A stretch of 64,000 nt of DNA, taken from contig OZ024740.1 in assembly GCA_964016885.1 (NCBI GenBank), forward strand, positions 423,894,001 through 423,958,000. Direction: 5' to 3'. Both the position numbers and the translations under genes were made by a program. Below, piece after piece: positions 27,372 through 45,060 of the stretch (position 1 is the stretch's first letter; the number at the start of each line of letters is the position of its first letter). This DNA comes from Eledone cirrhosa. Its lineage: Eukaryota. The notes below the pieces were generated by a model. It saw only the letters and a program-made list of their open reading frames with translations, had not been told where the DNA came from and did no database searches.

Positions 27372-28465
27372 CATGCTGTAAAATGGAGGGGTAGAGAGGG
27401 CCCTTGAGTCTAGTAAGACATCCTCTCTAGTGCTGGTGGCACAAATAAAAGCACCCAGTCCATGCTGTAAAGTGGCGCTGGTGTTAGGAAGGGCATCCAA
27501 CCAGTGTATCAATGCCAAAAAGCTTATCAGCACAGCAACAAAACAGCATAGAAAAATATGAAGACGTCGCATCTCAGAGTTGCAACACTTAACGTTGGCA
27601 CTCTCAGAGGTAGATCTGCTGAAATAGCGGAGATGCTGGAGAGAAGGCAGGTGGATGTGTGCTGCGTGCAAGAGGTGAGATGGAGAGGTGCCTCTGTGAG
27701 ACTAGTCGTAGGCAAGCGTCTTAGCTATAAGCTATTCTGGATAGGTAAGGATGATGGGTTAGGGGGAGTAGGCATTTTCCTGGCTGAGAAATGGATCAAT
27801 AAGACAATAGAGGTAGTTCGAGTTAGTAATCGAATAATTAAGCTTAGATTAGTTGTAGGTAGGAGACTACTGACAATCATCTCGGTCTATGCTCCCCAAG
27901 CAGGCCTAGGCAAAGATGAGAAAGACTGCTTTTATGAGCAACTTTTGCAAACAACCACAATGACAGAGGACGGAGACATCGTTATGCTAGCAGGAGACTT
28001 CAATGGTCATGTTGGACAGCTCCAGGATGGTTACACTGGGGTACATGGTGGGCACGGTTACGGTTCAAGAAATGAAGAAGGAGTGAGACTTCTTGAATTT
28101 TGTGATGCAAGTACATTGACTATTTGCAACACAAACTTCCAGAAACCTGCCAATCACCTAATAACCTACAAATCTGGTGAGCACATAAGCCAGATTGACT
28201 TCCTGCTAGTTAGGCAGCGGGACAGGCAGATAGTGTCTAATACCAAGGCATACCCTGGGGAAGAATGTACCCCACAGCATAGGTTAGTTGTTAGTGATAT
28301 CTCAGTAAGCAAGAGATGGAATGAGACATATAGGAAGGTGTGAAGAAGAAAGGTCTGATGGAGATGACGAGGGACCGTGACGAATGGAGAGATGCTGTGC
28401 TGAATAAGACCCGTCCCACCCTTGCAAGCAGGGAAAAGCGGACGTAAAATGATGATGATGATGAT
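27372..28465 (+). mobile_element. Internally deleted RTE LINE: 5' UTR, APE endonuclease ORF, and 3' tail of subfamily C
   Basis: The endonuclease ORF joins near 28357 directly to TGGAGATGACGAGGGACCGTGACG...AAGACCCGTCCCACCC...(ATG)n; no RT region. Confidence 0.88.
27558..28343 (+). CDS. RTE-clade apurinic-like (APE/EEP) endonuclease domain, 261 aa
   Basis: Motifs [52 protein letters not shown]; TE-derived, expression unknown. Confidence 0.85.
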   Translation: MKTSHLRVATLNVGTLRGRSAEIAEMLERRQVDVCCVQEVRWRGASVRLVVGKRLSYKLFWIGKDDGLGGVGIFLAEKWINKTIEVVRVSNRIIKLRLVVGRRLLTIISVYAPQAGLGKDEKDCFYEQLLQTTTMTEDGDIVMLAGDFNGHVGQLQDGYTGVHGGHGYGSRNEEGVRLLEFCDASTLTICNTNFQKPANHLITYKSGEHISQIDFLLVRQRDRQIVSNTKAYPGEECTPQHRLVVSDISVSKRWNETYRKV

Positions 28466-28497
28466 GTATACATATATATATATATATACATATATAC

Positions 28498-28544
<47 letters not shown>

Positions 28545-28550
28545 TACATG

Positions 28551-28596
<46 letters not shown>

Positions 28597-28637
28597 CATA
28601 CAAATATATATATATATATATACATACATATATATAT

Positions 28638-28670
<33 letters not shown>

Positions 28671-28759
28671 CATACATATATATATATACATACATACATA
28701 TATATATATACATACATATATATATACATATATACATATATATATACATATATATATAC

Positions 28760-28798
<39 letters not shown>

Positions 28799-28920
28799 CA
28801 TACATACATATATATATATATATACATAAATATATATATATATATATATACATACATACATACATATATATATATATATACATACATATATATATACATA
28901 TACATATATACTTATATACA

Positions 28921-28952
<32 letters not shown>

Positions 28953-28963
28953 CATATACATAC

Positions 28964-28998
<35 letters not shown>

Positions 28999-29111
28999 CA
29001 TACATACATATATATATATATACATAAATATATATATATATATACATACATACATATATATATATATACATAAATATATATATATATATACACAAATATA
29101 TATATATATAC

Positions 29112-29144
<33 letters not shown>

Positions 29145-29209
29145 CATACATATATATACACATACATATATATTTATACACATACATATATATATATATA
29201 CACATACAT
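28466..29209. repeat. Compound (TA)n array, C-interrupted
   Basis: Direct observation. Confidence 0.95.
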
Positions 29210-30482
29210 ATCATCATCATCATCATCAACGTTTAACGTCCGTGTTCCACGCTTGCATGGGTTTGGACGGGGGTAGTCCCACTCGAGGCAAGAGTGATTG
29301 TCTTGCTCGCATAGGACTGTCTGGCAGGTTTTCTACAGTTGGATGCCCTTCCTAACACCAACCACATTTACAGTGTGGGTCTGGGAGGTTTTTACCGTGT
29401 TGCCTTCACGGCCACGTTACAGCGTGGACTGTGTGTTTTTTTGTCGTGACACCTACACGATCTCATTTGTTTCGGCCTGGATGGCGCGGCACCAACATAA
29501 CTTTACATAGAACGGGGTGGTGTGGATGGGGTGGGGGTGGTGGCGGGACGGGGTGTATTTTGTTAGAGATGCCTACTGGCAAGGCGGGTCTTCTCTGTTA
29601 CTGAGTACCGCCAAAGGTCACGGTCCAGTGACATTGTCTTGGAGAGGTGTAAGTGTGTGAGGTCGGAGTTTATCAGCTCATCCCATGTTTTTCTAGGTCT
29701 GCCTATTCCGTGGCTACCGTCTATCTTTATTGCCCTGCACTTTGTAATACAGCTATCGACTTTCATGCGCATCACGTGTCCATACCAACGCAGCCTTCTC
29801 TCGAGTAAACAACATCTGATCCCTCTTATCTCTAATTTTTTTCTTAGTTAGTTTATGCTTTGCCGTTCACGTATATTACTGTTACACATCCAGCGGAGCA
29901 TGCAAGCTTCGTTCCTCTCTAGTCTGCGTATATCCTCTGCACACAATGCCCAGGTCTCACTACCATGCAACATTGCTGTTCGTATGCAGGCATCGTACAA
30001 CCTGCCTTTCATTTTTAGGGAGAACCCTTTAGCAGCTAATAGTGGTATAAGCTCTCTGAACTTTTTCCAACCAGTTCTGACTCTAGCTACAGTACTTTCA
30101 GAGCACCCTCCCCCACTGCTGATTTTATCGCCCAGGTAACGGAAGCTGTCCACTATTTCTATAGAACCCTCTGCGCAATTGAAAGAGCTAGTATTTTGTG
30201 GGCACTTGCTGCTACTTATTGCACCAGAACACCGGCCACATGTAAAGTCTATGTTCTTAGTTAGCTTACCTGTGATCCCACTACATCTTTTATGCACCCA
30301 TACTTTGCATTTAGGACATAAGATGGAGTTTCTACCTACGCCTTTCCTACATACCGAGCACGACCATTTCCCAGAAGGGACCGCCGCCTTGTTTTCTTTC
30401 CTACAAACTAGAACTTTGGTCTTAGCCAGGTTAATTTTAAGTCCTTTTGACTCTAGGCCGTGCTTCCATGTTTGGAATTTCT
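29210..30482 (-). mobile_element. 5'-truncated RTE LINE (subfamily A) with composite 3' UTR
   Basis: Nearly identical to 59568-60870; one premature stop near 29848; truncated at a TA array. Confidence 0.95.
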
Positions 30483-30627
30483 AATATATATATATATATA
30501 TACATACATATATATACACATACATATATATTTATACACATACATATATATTTATACACATACATATATATATATACACATACATATAAATATATATACA
30601 CATACATATAAATATATATACACATAC

Positions 30628-30658
<31 letters not shown>

Positions 30659-30673
30659 CATACATATATATAT

Positions 30674-30721
<48 letters not shown>

Positions 30722-30762
30722 ATATACATATACATACATATATATATATATACATATATATA

Positions 30763-31372
30763 TGGTGGCTGCCAACTCGTTTTCGAGTACGGCCACTACT
30801 TTATATCCATGTAGGAGAACCCCTACCGATGCGCTGAACGAGTGTGACTTTTTAGTCCAGCCAGCGACTTGAAAACTCTGGTACAAACACTACACTTGTG
30901 ACAATTATTGACACATAGTGCTGGGCCCATGGTACCATGTGACGACAAGTGCAGAGAGATCTCCAGATATAAAGCAATGCCTGTGCCGTGAAGCTTTTAT
31001 AGTGAGCAAAGGCACTGCACAAAGCCAGTCCCACTCTCTTAACCAAGATGATATTTACCAAAAAGAAGAACAAGTCAACATCATTGGATACCATCAGGGT
31101 TGCAGGTGTTATATCAGAGTTTTCCTTCTCCTAGAATTCTGCCTTGACAAAGGCTAAGGGGTCATCTCTCCCGGTGATTTTGGATGGTCATTGACTCTTA
31201 CGAGCTCCTTTGCCCTTTGACAGGTTTTGTTTTTAGTCCTGAAGGATGTCCAAAGTCACCCTCCTCACCAAGAAACCTTGGTGGGGTTGCCAGTTTAGTC
31301 GCCAACGACCCGACCATGAGACAGGTTGTACTGGGATACATGTTACCAGTAGCACCAACTGGTGACCTGACA
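30763..31372. mobile_element. 610-bp non-coding interspersed element with fixed ends (TGGTGGCTGCC...GGTGACCTGACA) in (TA)n
   Basis: Inverted copy of the same length at 38455-39064. Confidence 0.85.
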
Positions 31373-32889
<1,517 letters not shown>

Positions 32890-32939
32890 CTCCGAAGGTA
32901 TTTTAGCCTACATATTGTTGTTAATATTAATGCATAATA

Positions 32940-34979
32940 ATTCAAGCATGTTTTACAACGTGAGGACCAGAAACAGGAGGTATTCAAGATTGCGAGGCAG
33001 TGTGTCAGAGATAGTTGTGATGTCATTGGAGAGAAGTGTATCCGGAATGATAAAGGTGAGCTTGCCCTCACAAGTGCTGAGAAGAAAGATGCATGGAAGA
33101 GTCATTATGATAGATTACTAAATGAGGAGAATGCATGGGAAGAAGAGACCCTACCCCACGTAGACCCTATAGAGGGACCAGCAGTACAAGTCAGCGGCAG
33201 CGTAGTAAGTAAGGCAATCAGAGATATGAAGATGGGGAAGGCAACCGGTCCATCGGGTATAGCTGCCGAGATGCTGAAGGCATCTGGGTCTGTAGGTCAC
33301 ACTATAACCACACGTATCGTTAACCAGGTAATACTAGAAGGGGCCATACCAAAAGATTGGTGCAGTAGCATCATTGTCAACTGCTACAAAGTTAAAGGCG
33401 ATGCACTAGATAGAGGAAACTATAGAGGTATAAAGTTGATGGACCAGGTCATGAAAGTAACAGAAAGAGTTATAGCACAGCTGATTAGGGATCTAATCTG
33501 GTGGGCTCTTAGAAAACTAGGAGTAGATGAATGGCTTGTGAAAGCGGTACAAGCCATGTATAGGGGAGCAGTCAGCAAAGTTAGGATTAGCAATGAGTAT
33601 AGCGAGGAATTTAGCGTACAGGTTGGGGTCCACCAGGGCTCTGTTCTTAGTCCTCTCCTGTTCATCATAGTCCTGCAGGCAATAACGGAGGAGTTTAAGA
33701 CCGGATGCCCATGGGAACTCCTGTATGCTGATGACCTCGCACTCATAGCTGAATCTATGGTAGAACTAGAGAATAAATTCCAAACCTGGAAACAGGGACT
33801 AGAGAGAAAGGGCCTCAAAGTCAACATGACAAAGACTAAGGTCCTTGTAAGTAGACGAGAAAACAGAACCCAGATCCCCTCAGGGAAATGGCCTTGCTCA
33901 GTATGTAGGAAAGGTGTAGGTAGGAACTCCATTCTCTGCCCCAAATGCAAACAATGGGTACACAAGAGATGTAGCGGGATCTCAGGAAGCTTAATTAAGA
34001 ATGTAGGATTCACATGCAGCAGCTGTGCTGAAACAGCAAGCAAACAGCCACAGGAAACAAGTACCACCAATCTCTGGGAGGGCCCTGTAGAAACAGTAGA
34101 CAGCTTCTGCTACCTAGGTGACCGAATTAGCAACGGAGGTGGGTGCTCAGAAAGTACAATAACTAGGGTAAGAACGGGATGGAAGAAGTTTAGGGAACTA
34201 CTACCACTGCTAGCTGCAAAAGGCTTCTCCCTCAGAATGAAAGGCAGGCTGTATGATGCGTGTATCCGAACAGCGATGTTGCATGGTAGTGAGACCTGGG
34301 CGCTGAAGGTGGAAGACTTACGTAGATTAGAGAGAAACGAAGCCTGCATGCTCCGATGGATGTGTAACATTAATATACGTGAAAGACAAAGCATAAAGGA
34401 ATTGAGAGAGAGACTGAGCATAAGAGGAATCAAATGCTGCGTGCAGGAGAGGCGGTTACGCTGGTATGGACATGTGATGCGTATGAAGGATGACAGCTGC
34501 ATAAAAAGGTGCAGAGCACTAGAAGATGATGGAAACCACGGAGTGGGGAGACTCAAGATGACTTGGGATGAGGTGATAAAAGCCGACCTTACCCAACTAC
34601 ACCTCTCAAAGTCAATGACACACGACCGTGACTTCTGGCGTCACGCAGTAATACAGGGTACCCGACCTCCCATGGGTACATGCTGAAGCAAATAAACAAT
34701 ATGCCCCCACTCCCCCCACCGCAAGGTGGTCGTGGAGGTGCCACGGCAAAAAAGCACCCAGCCCACACTGTAAAGTGGACGTGTAGGCACCACGAAAAAG
34801 CACCCAGCACTCACTGTAATTGAGGTTGGTGTTAGGAAGGGCATCCAGCTGTAGAAATCAAGCCAGATCAGTTCCTGTATGAGCAAGGCATGGTCAGCCG
34901 ACCAGACACTGCCCACAACAGGACAACCCGTCTAACCCATGCTAGCGTGGAAGAACGGACGTAAAATGGTGATGATGAT
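32940..34979 (+). mobile_element. 5'-truncated RTE LINE (subfamily B); RT ORF 33226-34686 with an in-frame internal deletion
   Basis: [38 protein letters not shown]-like CxxC..CxxC...HxxC..CxxC, YLG, LRWYGHV; the QFGF...DLEKAFD segment is missing. Confidence 0.95.
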
Positions 34980-36202
<1,223 letters not shown>

Positions 36203-36885
36203 AGTTTTGCGAGGTTTTTTATATGAAATCGTGTGTCGAAACAAATATTGTTATACTTGGGGAGGCTCATATTTGTGTAATATTGCCAGAATTAATAACA
36301 GAATACACTCACTGTTTGGTTGGTTTTTGCTTCTCGCTGTCTTTTATATCGGTAATCTAACTTACTCGGTCCTCAATGTTGCCATTGACTGACCGACGGT
36401 CAAAAATAATACAGATACAATATAGACACAAACACATATATATAGATTATCATAAATCTTTCGTTGCACATCTGCAACATCGTCAGTGGTGTTATATTTT
36501 CCTCCTGTTGTGCTGTATGTCTACGCCATTTTTATTCAGTCTGTCTATATATTTATTTATTTATTTGCTTGTTTGTTTATTTTATTTTGTCTTCTTTGTG
36601 CATGCGTTTGCGTGTGTGTATAGTGTTATGTTTGCTGAGTGATGGGTGACTAGTGTGTGTTTATGTGCTTGTTGTTATTGTGCTTGTGTATGTATTTATT
36701 TATTTATTTATCTTATTTTATTTACTTATTTATACTTCTCTTAGGTCAATGTTGTTTGTTTGGGTGTTGTTGTTATTCCATTCATTCTTTCTATTTAGCT
36801 TTGGTCTTCTAATTTCTATTTCACTGGCCTCTCTGATTTGCACAATAACAACAAGCACATAAACACACACTAGTCACCTATCTCT
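36203..36885 (-). mobile_element. Penelope-like element 3' fragment with short 5' inversion
   Basis: Minus strand 36770-36840 reads QIREASEIEIRRPKLNRKNEW (GIY-YIG C-terminus, as in 43672-43780); 36840-36882 is an inverted copy of 36641-36684; 3' end similar to 43318-43390. Confidence 0.75.
36449..36490 (-). ncRNA. Minimal type I hammerhead ribozyme in the PLE terminal repeat
   Basis: Minus strand ACCA-CTGACGA-T-GTTGCA GATG TGCAAC-GAAA-GATT-TA-TGAT; perfect 6-bp stem II, imperfect stem I. Confidence 0.65.
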
Positions 36886-37054
36886 GTTTGGTTGAGCACA
36901 CTTCTCTGAGTGGCTTTGGGCTGCCCTTTCTAGCAGTTCGTCTCTCAGAGGCCACTGGTTCACTGCCTCTAAATGCGCTGTGACTCTCTCTCCCATGTGT
37001 AGCTGGACAGTCAATTGTAAAATTCTCTTAGTGTTGTCTGAAATGTATGGCCTT

Positions 37055-37135
37055 ACACACGCTGATGAACCGAGACTAGACCATTTCTTTCAACAAATTT
37101 TTTGGTGAAACATATCTTTGGATTTGTACGTGTGT
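37055..37135 (+). ncRNA. Type I hammerhead ribozyme
   Basis: Stem I ACACACG/CGTGTGT, core CTGATGA (37062-68), stem II ACCGAGA/TTTTGGT with a long loop, GAAA (37107-10), stem III CATATC/GATTTG, GUA cleavage triplet. Confidence 0.8.
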
Positions 37136-37327
37136 TATATAGTTATAAAGGTATTTATTTACGCTTTAATTTATATTTTTAATTATCGTGTCTATAGTCT
37201 ACCTTTCATAGGTTATAGATTCCATACACTGGTGGTTTTTTCCCTGTATTATTGATAACGCACTATATATCTCTCTCTGGTGTGTTACCTTCTCAACATA
37301 TTATATATACATATACATATATATAAA

Positions 37328-37416
37328 TTGAATAGGATGAAACGAAATTTCATTTCTCACTCTTAGTACGGCACTTACTAAGAGTGAGAAATGAAATTTC
37401 GTTTCATCCTATTCAA
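37328..37416. repeat. Perfect 41-bp-arm inverted repeat with 7-nt loop
   Basis: 37328-37368 is the reverse complement of 37376-37416; begins right after a TA run. Confidence 0.93.
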
Positions 37417-37540
37417 ATTATCGTTTTCGGCGCGCCTGGCTGATGAACTCACTCGATATGCAAATTAGGCTGCTCAGCCGTTAATTTTCATAAGGAAAGT
37501 ATATACTTTCGAACGTTCAACCATCTGGCAGAAGGGTATA

Positions 37541-37581
37541 CGGTGCTGACGAGAGCTAACAAGCTTGAAACTAGTACATCG
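37541..37581 (+). ncRNA. Minimal type I hammerhead ribozyme with palindromic stem III
   Basis: CGGTG-CTGACGA-GAGC TAACAA GCTT-GAAA-CTAG-TA-CATCG; followed about 20 nt later by poly(A) at 37602-37620. Confidence 0.78.
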
Positions 37582-37865
37582 TTCCTGTGTCAGTGTTGAA
37601 CAAAAAAAAAAAAAAAAAAAGGTGACGTGGTTGCCTTACACAGTACGGCATAAATCAGGCTGTCCATTTGTTTACAAATGGACAAAGCGAGCGTTGTAAT
37701 AAACGTTCGCTAAACTGATACGTACATATATATATGTGTGCCTGTATGTATATATATATATATTTATATATATACATACTACTGTACGTCTGTACACATA
37801 TATGTATGTACGTATACATACATACTTACATTTACATATATATACATATAGATATATATACACAC

Positions 37866-38004
<139 letters not shown>

Positions 38005-38166
38005 CATATATATATATATACATATACATATATATATACATACATATATAAACATATATATATATATACATATATAAATATATATACACATACATATATA
38101 TACATACACATGTATATGTGTATGTATATATATGCGTGTGTGTATACATGTGTATAAATGTGTATG

Positions 38167-38197
<31 letters not shown>

Positions 38198-38264
38198 GTA
38201 TATATATATATATAGATATAAACAATCATATACGTACATATATATATATATACATATATATATA

Positions 38265-38295
<31 letters not shown>

Positions 38296-38454
38296 ATATC
38301 CATATATAACCACATATATATACATATATATATACACACGCATATATATACATACACATATACATGTGTATGTATATATATGTATGTGTATATATATGTA
38401 TGTGTATATATATTTATATATGTATGTATATATATATGTATATATATATATGTA

Positions 38455-39064
38455 TGTCAGGTCACCAGTTGGTGCTACTGGTAACATGTATTCCAGTACA
38501 ACCTGTCTCATGGTGGGGTCGTTGGCGACTAAACTTACAACCCCACCAAGGTTTCTTGGTGAGGAGGGTGACTTTGGACATCCTGCAGGACTAAAAACAA
38601 AACCTGTCAAAGGGCAAAGGAGCTCTTAAGAGTCAATGGCCATCCAAAATCACCGGGAGAGATGACCCCTTAGCCTATGTCAAGGCAGAATTCTAGGAGA
38701 AGGAAAACTCTGATATAACACCTGCAACCCTGATGGAATCCAATGATGTTGACTTGTTCTTCTTTTTGGTAAATATCATCTTGGTTAAGAGAGTGGGACT
38801 GGCTTTGTGCAGTGCCTTTGCTCACTATAAAAGCTTCACTGCACAGGCATTGCTTTATATCTGGAGATCTCTCTGCACTTGTCGTCACATGGTACCATGG
38901 GCCCAGCACTATGTGTCAATAATTGTCACAAGTGTAGTGTTTGTACCAGAGTTTTCAAGTCGTTGGCTGGACTAAAAAGCCACACTCGTTCAGCGCATCG
39001 GTGAGGGTTCTCCTACATGGATATAAAGTAGTGGCCGTACTCGAAAACGAGTTGGCAGCCACCA
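38455..39064. mobile_element. Second, inverted copy of the 610-bp element
   Basis: Reverse complement of 30763-31372 with scattered substitutions and identical end points. Confidence 0.85.
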
Positions 39065-40027
<963 letters not shown>

Positions 40028-40304
40028 ACCACCATCCAGACCGAAACAAATGAGATCGTGTAGGTGTCACAACAAAAAAACACACAGTCCACGCTGTAAT
40101 GTGGCCGTGTAGGCAACACGGTAAAAACCTCCCAGCCCCACACTGTAAATGTGGTTGGTGTTAGGAAGGGCATCCAACTGTAGAAAACCTGCCAGACAGT
40201 CCTATGCGAGCAAGACAATCACTCTTGCCTCAAGTGGGACTACCCCCCGTCCAAACCCATGCAAGCGTGGAACACGGACGTTAAACGGTGATGATGATGA
40301 TGAT
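40028..40304 (+). mobile_element. 3' module of RTE subfamily A with (ATG)n tail
   Basis: Matches 62405-62684; reverse complement of 29210-29485. Confidence 0.88.
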
Positions 40305-41485
<1,181 letters not shown>

Positions 41486-42425
41486 CCGCAGACACACTGT
41501 CCACACACAGACATAACTAGTCAGGGCGTAATACTTGAAGGATTATTACATTTAACCAGTTAAGTGAAAGGTTAAGCAGTTTATGTAACCAAGTCATTCA
41601 TAAAATTATAACAACAACAATATACAAATATAACAAAAACAATATACAAATATAACAGTTGTTATTTCTTTAACAATCACATGGATAAACGTTTTGAGAT
41701 TTTAAACTAAGCTTTCTTTACAAATAATTTTGTAATTCATACAGAGAAGAATTCTACAATGAAATGAAGCAATAATGGTTTCTGTTACAAATTACTGACA
41801 CAAATAAGAATTATCAACCATTTTAATAAAATTAAAACAAAACACTGAAATATCCTATATTTTAGTAAAAAGAAAAATAGGAAAAATTGTTGTTATATTA
41901 TGACAAATTAAATTCATCCATTTAAATAAACTAAACTTAACATTATATTTACTGCTTGGTTAAATTTTTTCTTTCAATCAATTTTATAAAAATCTTTTGT
42001 CATATCATCATCATCATCATCATCATCATCATTGCGACCACAGTCAAACATTCCTGACAAAGTCTCTCCACAATCCACAATTTTCCATTTCTCCTGGTAA
42101 CTGCTCCCTACTTAGGCTTATACCATCTCAGAGTTAATCGATGTTCAAGCAGGCTTTCCTCTACTGTGTCTCTCTATTGTTCCCACAATAGTAGCTTTTG
42201 TATAACTTCCTGCATACTTCTGCAGCAATGTCCTGCAAAACCGTCTTTGAGCAATAGTAGTTGTTAGCTTGGACAAGTTTCTCTATAAACTTTCATGTGC
42301 AATACATTGACACCAGTTTGTTTTGTACAACTCTAAACATGTTAGTGTATGAAATTCAGATTTGAAAGTGTAAGTAAAAATGATGAATGATAAAAGCAAT
42401 GCAATTCCAAATATGTAAATTGTTT

Positions 42426-42498
<73 letters not shown>

Positions 42499-42534
42499 GT
42501 TTATAGCTAATTGGTAATTAGTTTTAAAAGAGTC

Positions 42535-42808
42535 TAAAGTCTGTTTCGAACCAAGAGGTTCATCAAGCTGGTGCTTATCCTGGTTTCTGTGGCATTAAGT
42601 GACTGAGAGTACAAGACTCACCCCAGTCCATCACAGGATTAAACCCCCAACTATTGCTGGTACTAATATTCAGCTGAGTATACTAGAGCAATGTGAAATG
42701 AAGTGTTTTGTTCAAGAACACAACACACAACCCAGTCCAGGAATTGAACACACAGCATTATGATTGTAAGTCCAACGCTCTCACCACATGGTCATGAATC
42801 TCCACCAT
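42535..42808 (-). mobile_element. tRNA-derived SINE (same family as 6062-6348)
   Basis: AGAGGTTCATCA.GCTGGTG...GAAATGAAGTGTTTTGTTCAAGAACACAAC...CCAGGAAT.GAAC. Confidence 0.78.
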
Positions 42809-43203
42809 TAGATTAACTCCACCACATATAAATAACTGTCAACAATAGACATATGTTCTTTATAAACAGCAGGAGATAGGAATGGTGAAGCTTTGTTTCT
42901 AACAGTACCAAAATCAATGTCACATGATACTCAGTTCTAACTCCAGCCAAGCTGATGTTACTTGTCTCACATTAACACAATTCTACAAAATATTGCAGAG
43001 AGCTAATAAAATTAACTAATAATAGGAGAGCAATGCTGTCACAGTTGTTCAGGTGTAGAAAAACAGAAGTTATGTCAATGTGACATAACTGTTTTACCTA
43101 AACATAACTGTGATACCTCTGCTCACACAAAATAAAAACAGCCTCCCTCTCCGAAAAGAAGCATACTCCACAAACATTTTTCAGTGTAGATACTTTTACT
43201 TCA

Positions 43204-43257
<54 letters not shown>

Positions 43258-43299
43258 ATATATATATAAATATATGTATATATATATATGTGTATATAT

Positions 43300-44380
43300 A
43301 TATTTGGTTTCTGAATTTGTTTAGCAAGATCCTTTATATGAAAACGTGTGTTGAAACCGATATTGTTATACTTTGGGAGGGTCATGTTGCCAATGAGAAA
43401 CACACGCACCAGTTGCTTTCACTCCAATTTATTATAAATTAAATTTATAAATTTAAGAATTTATAAATTTCCGGTTGGTTGGTTGGTTCCACAACCGGAC
43501 GGTTGTTCATATATTGTCAAAGTTCTTTTGTCACACATTCTGTGACCTCTTCAGTGACTGGGGATTCTTTTCTTTGTTCTGTCCTACGCCATCTTGTTTT
43601 TGTGTGTGTTGTATGCTTACTTTGCGCATGTGTTACATCCGGGTGTCTGTGTGTGTGTTTTCATTTTGTCCTTAATTGTAAGTTGTGATGTTGCTGTTCC
43701 ATTCATGTTTTCTATTTAATTTTGGTTGGAGTTCATTTATGTTTATTGCCTCTGTGATTTGTCTAAACATTGCGTCTTTTCTGTGTGTAGATTCTATTTT
43801 TATTTCTATGTTCTCTAATTTACCCTTATGTTCTATTTTAGCATATTGGTGGAGTATTGATGATTCTTTTTTATCTTGAAGCTCTCGCCAGTGTTCATTT
43901 AACTGTTCTCCTATACTACGAGCTGTCTCACCTATGTACACTATATTCTTATCTTTACATTGTCCTTGAGTACATCTTCTGCTATATACTACATTTCTAG
44001 TTTTACAGTTAATATGGGGGCTTAGTTTACAGATTATGCATTTCTTATCTATACAGGGAGGTCTTTGAAAAGGGTATGTATTACTAATAAGTGTTTTTAT
44101 GGAGGTACCTGGTCTTTCCACTATCTTAATATTAAGTTTCAGTTTATCTAGGGCTCTTGTAAATTTGTAAGCTAATTCACCTCTAGAGGTTGTATTGATG
44201 AACATTACACTCTGGTATTTATTGCTATCATACCATGAGTTTATTCTATTAACCTTATTCCTAGTTCTTTCTATTCTATTCCAAAAATTTGCTCCTATAC
44301 AAGGGGCAGGTCCCATTTGTATAATTATTTCCCATTTTTTGCCATTTGGTTCTGGCTCCACTAGAGGAGCCAGAACCAAA
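43300..44380 (-). mobile_element. 5'-truncated Penelope-like element (Neptune-type): RT thumb end, Cys-rich linker, GIY-YIG endonuclease
   Basis: ORF 43672-~44340: KIVERPGTSIK, C-x4-C-x2-C...C linker, NVVY...YIGETAR...NEH...RQITEAINI...PKLNRKHEW; small hairpin at the 5' end (44345-44380); decayed hammerhead about 43515-43560. Confidence 0.9.
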
Positions 44381-44503
44381 TCGCAGATCGCTGAAACGCA
44401 CCGAGGAGATGACGAAGGACCGTGACAAGTGGAGAGATGGTGGGCTGAATAAGACCCATCCCACCCTTGCAAGCAGGTAAAAGTGGACGTAAAATGATGA
44501 TGA
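44381..44503 (+). mobile_element. RTE subfamily C 3' tail
   Basis: GGAGATGACGAAGGACCGTGACAAGTGG...CCACCCTTGCAAGCAGG...(ATG)n. Confidence 0.85.
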
Positions 44504-44520
44504 TATATATATATATATAT

Positions 44521-44708
44521 ATCATCATCATCACCGTTTTACGTCCGTTCTTCCTTGCTAGCATGAGTTAGACGGGTTGTCCTGTTGTGAGCAATGTCCA
44601 GTCGGCTGACCTTGTCTTGCTCATACAGGAACTGATTTTGGCTTGATTTCTACAGCTGGATGACCTTCCTAACACCAACCGCATTTACAGTGAGTGCTAG
44701 GTGCTTTT
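44521..44708 (-). mobile_element. 3' module of RTE subfamily B / SINE
   Basis: Reverse complement of 34800-34979. Confidence 0.82.
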
Positions 44709-44723
44709 ATATATATATATATA

Positions 44724-45013
44724 TCATCATCATCATCATTTTACGTCCGCTTTTCCCTGCTTGCAAGGGTGGGATGGGTCTTATTCAGCCCACCATCTCT
44801 CCACTTGTCACAGTCCTTCGTCATCTCCACCGTGAGCTTCAGCGATCTGAGGTCTTTTCTCACCATCTCCGCCCATGTTTTTTGTGGTCTACTTTTACCA
44901 CGTCTTCCTTCAACTGGCATTTCTTGGCACTTCTTCACCCATCGGTCATCCTCCATGCGCATCACATCTCCATACCACCGCAGTCTCCTCTATCGCACAC
45001 TACATTCTATCCC
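44724..45013 (-). mobile_element. RTE subfamily C 3' fragment
   Basis: [30 protein letters not shown]... plus (ATG)n tail. Confidence 0.88.
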
Positions 45014-45060
45014 ATAATATATATAGGAAAATGTTTAACCTCGAAGTGAGAGCTCAATAT

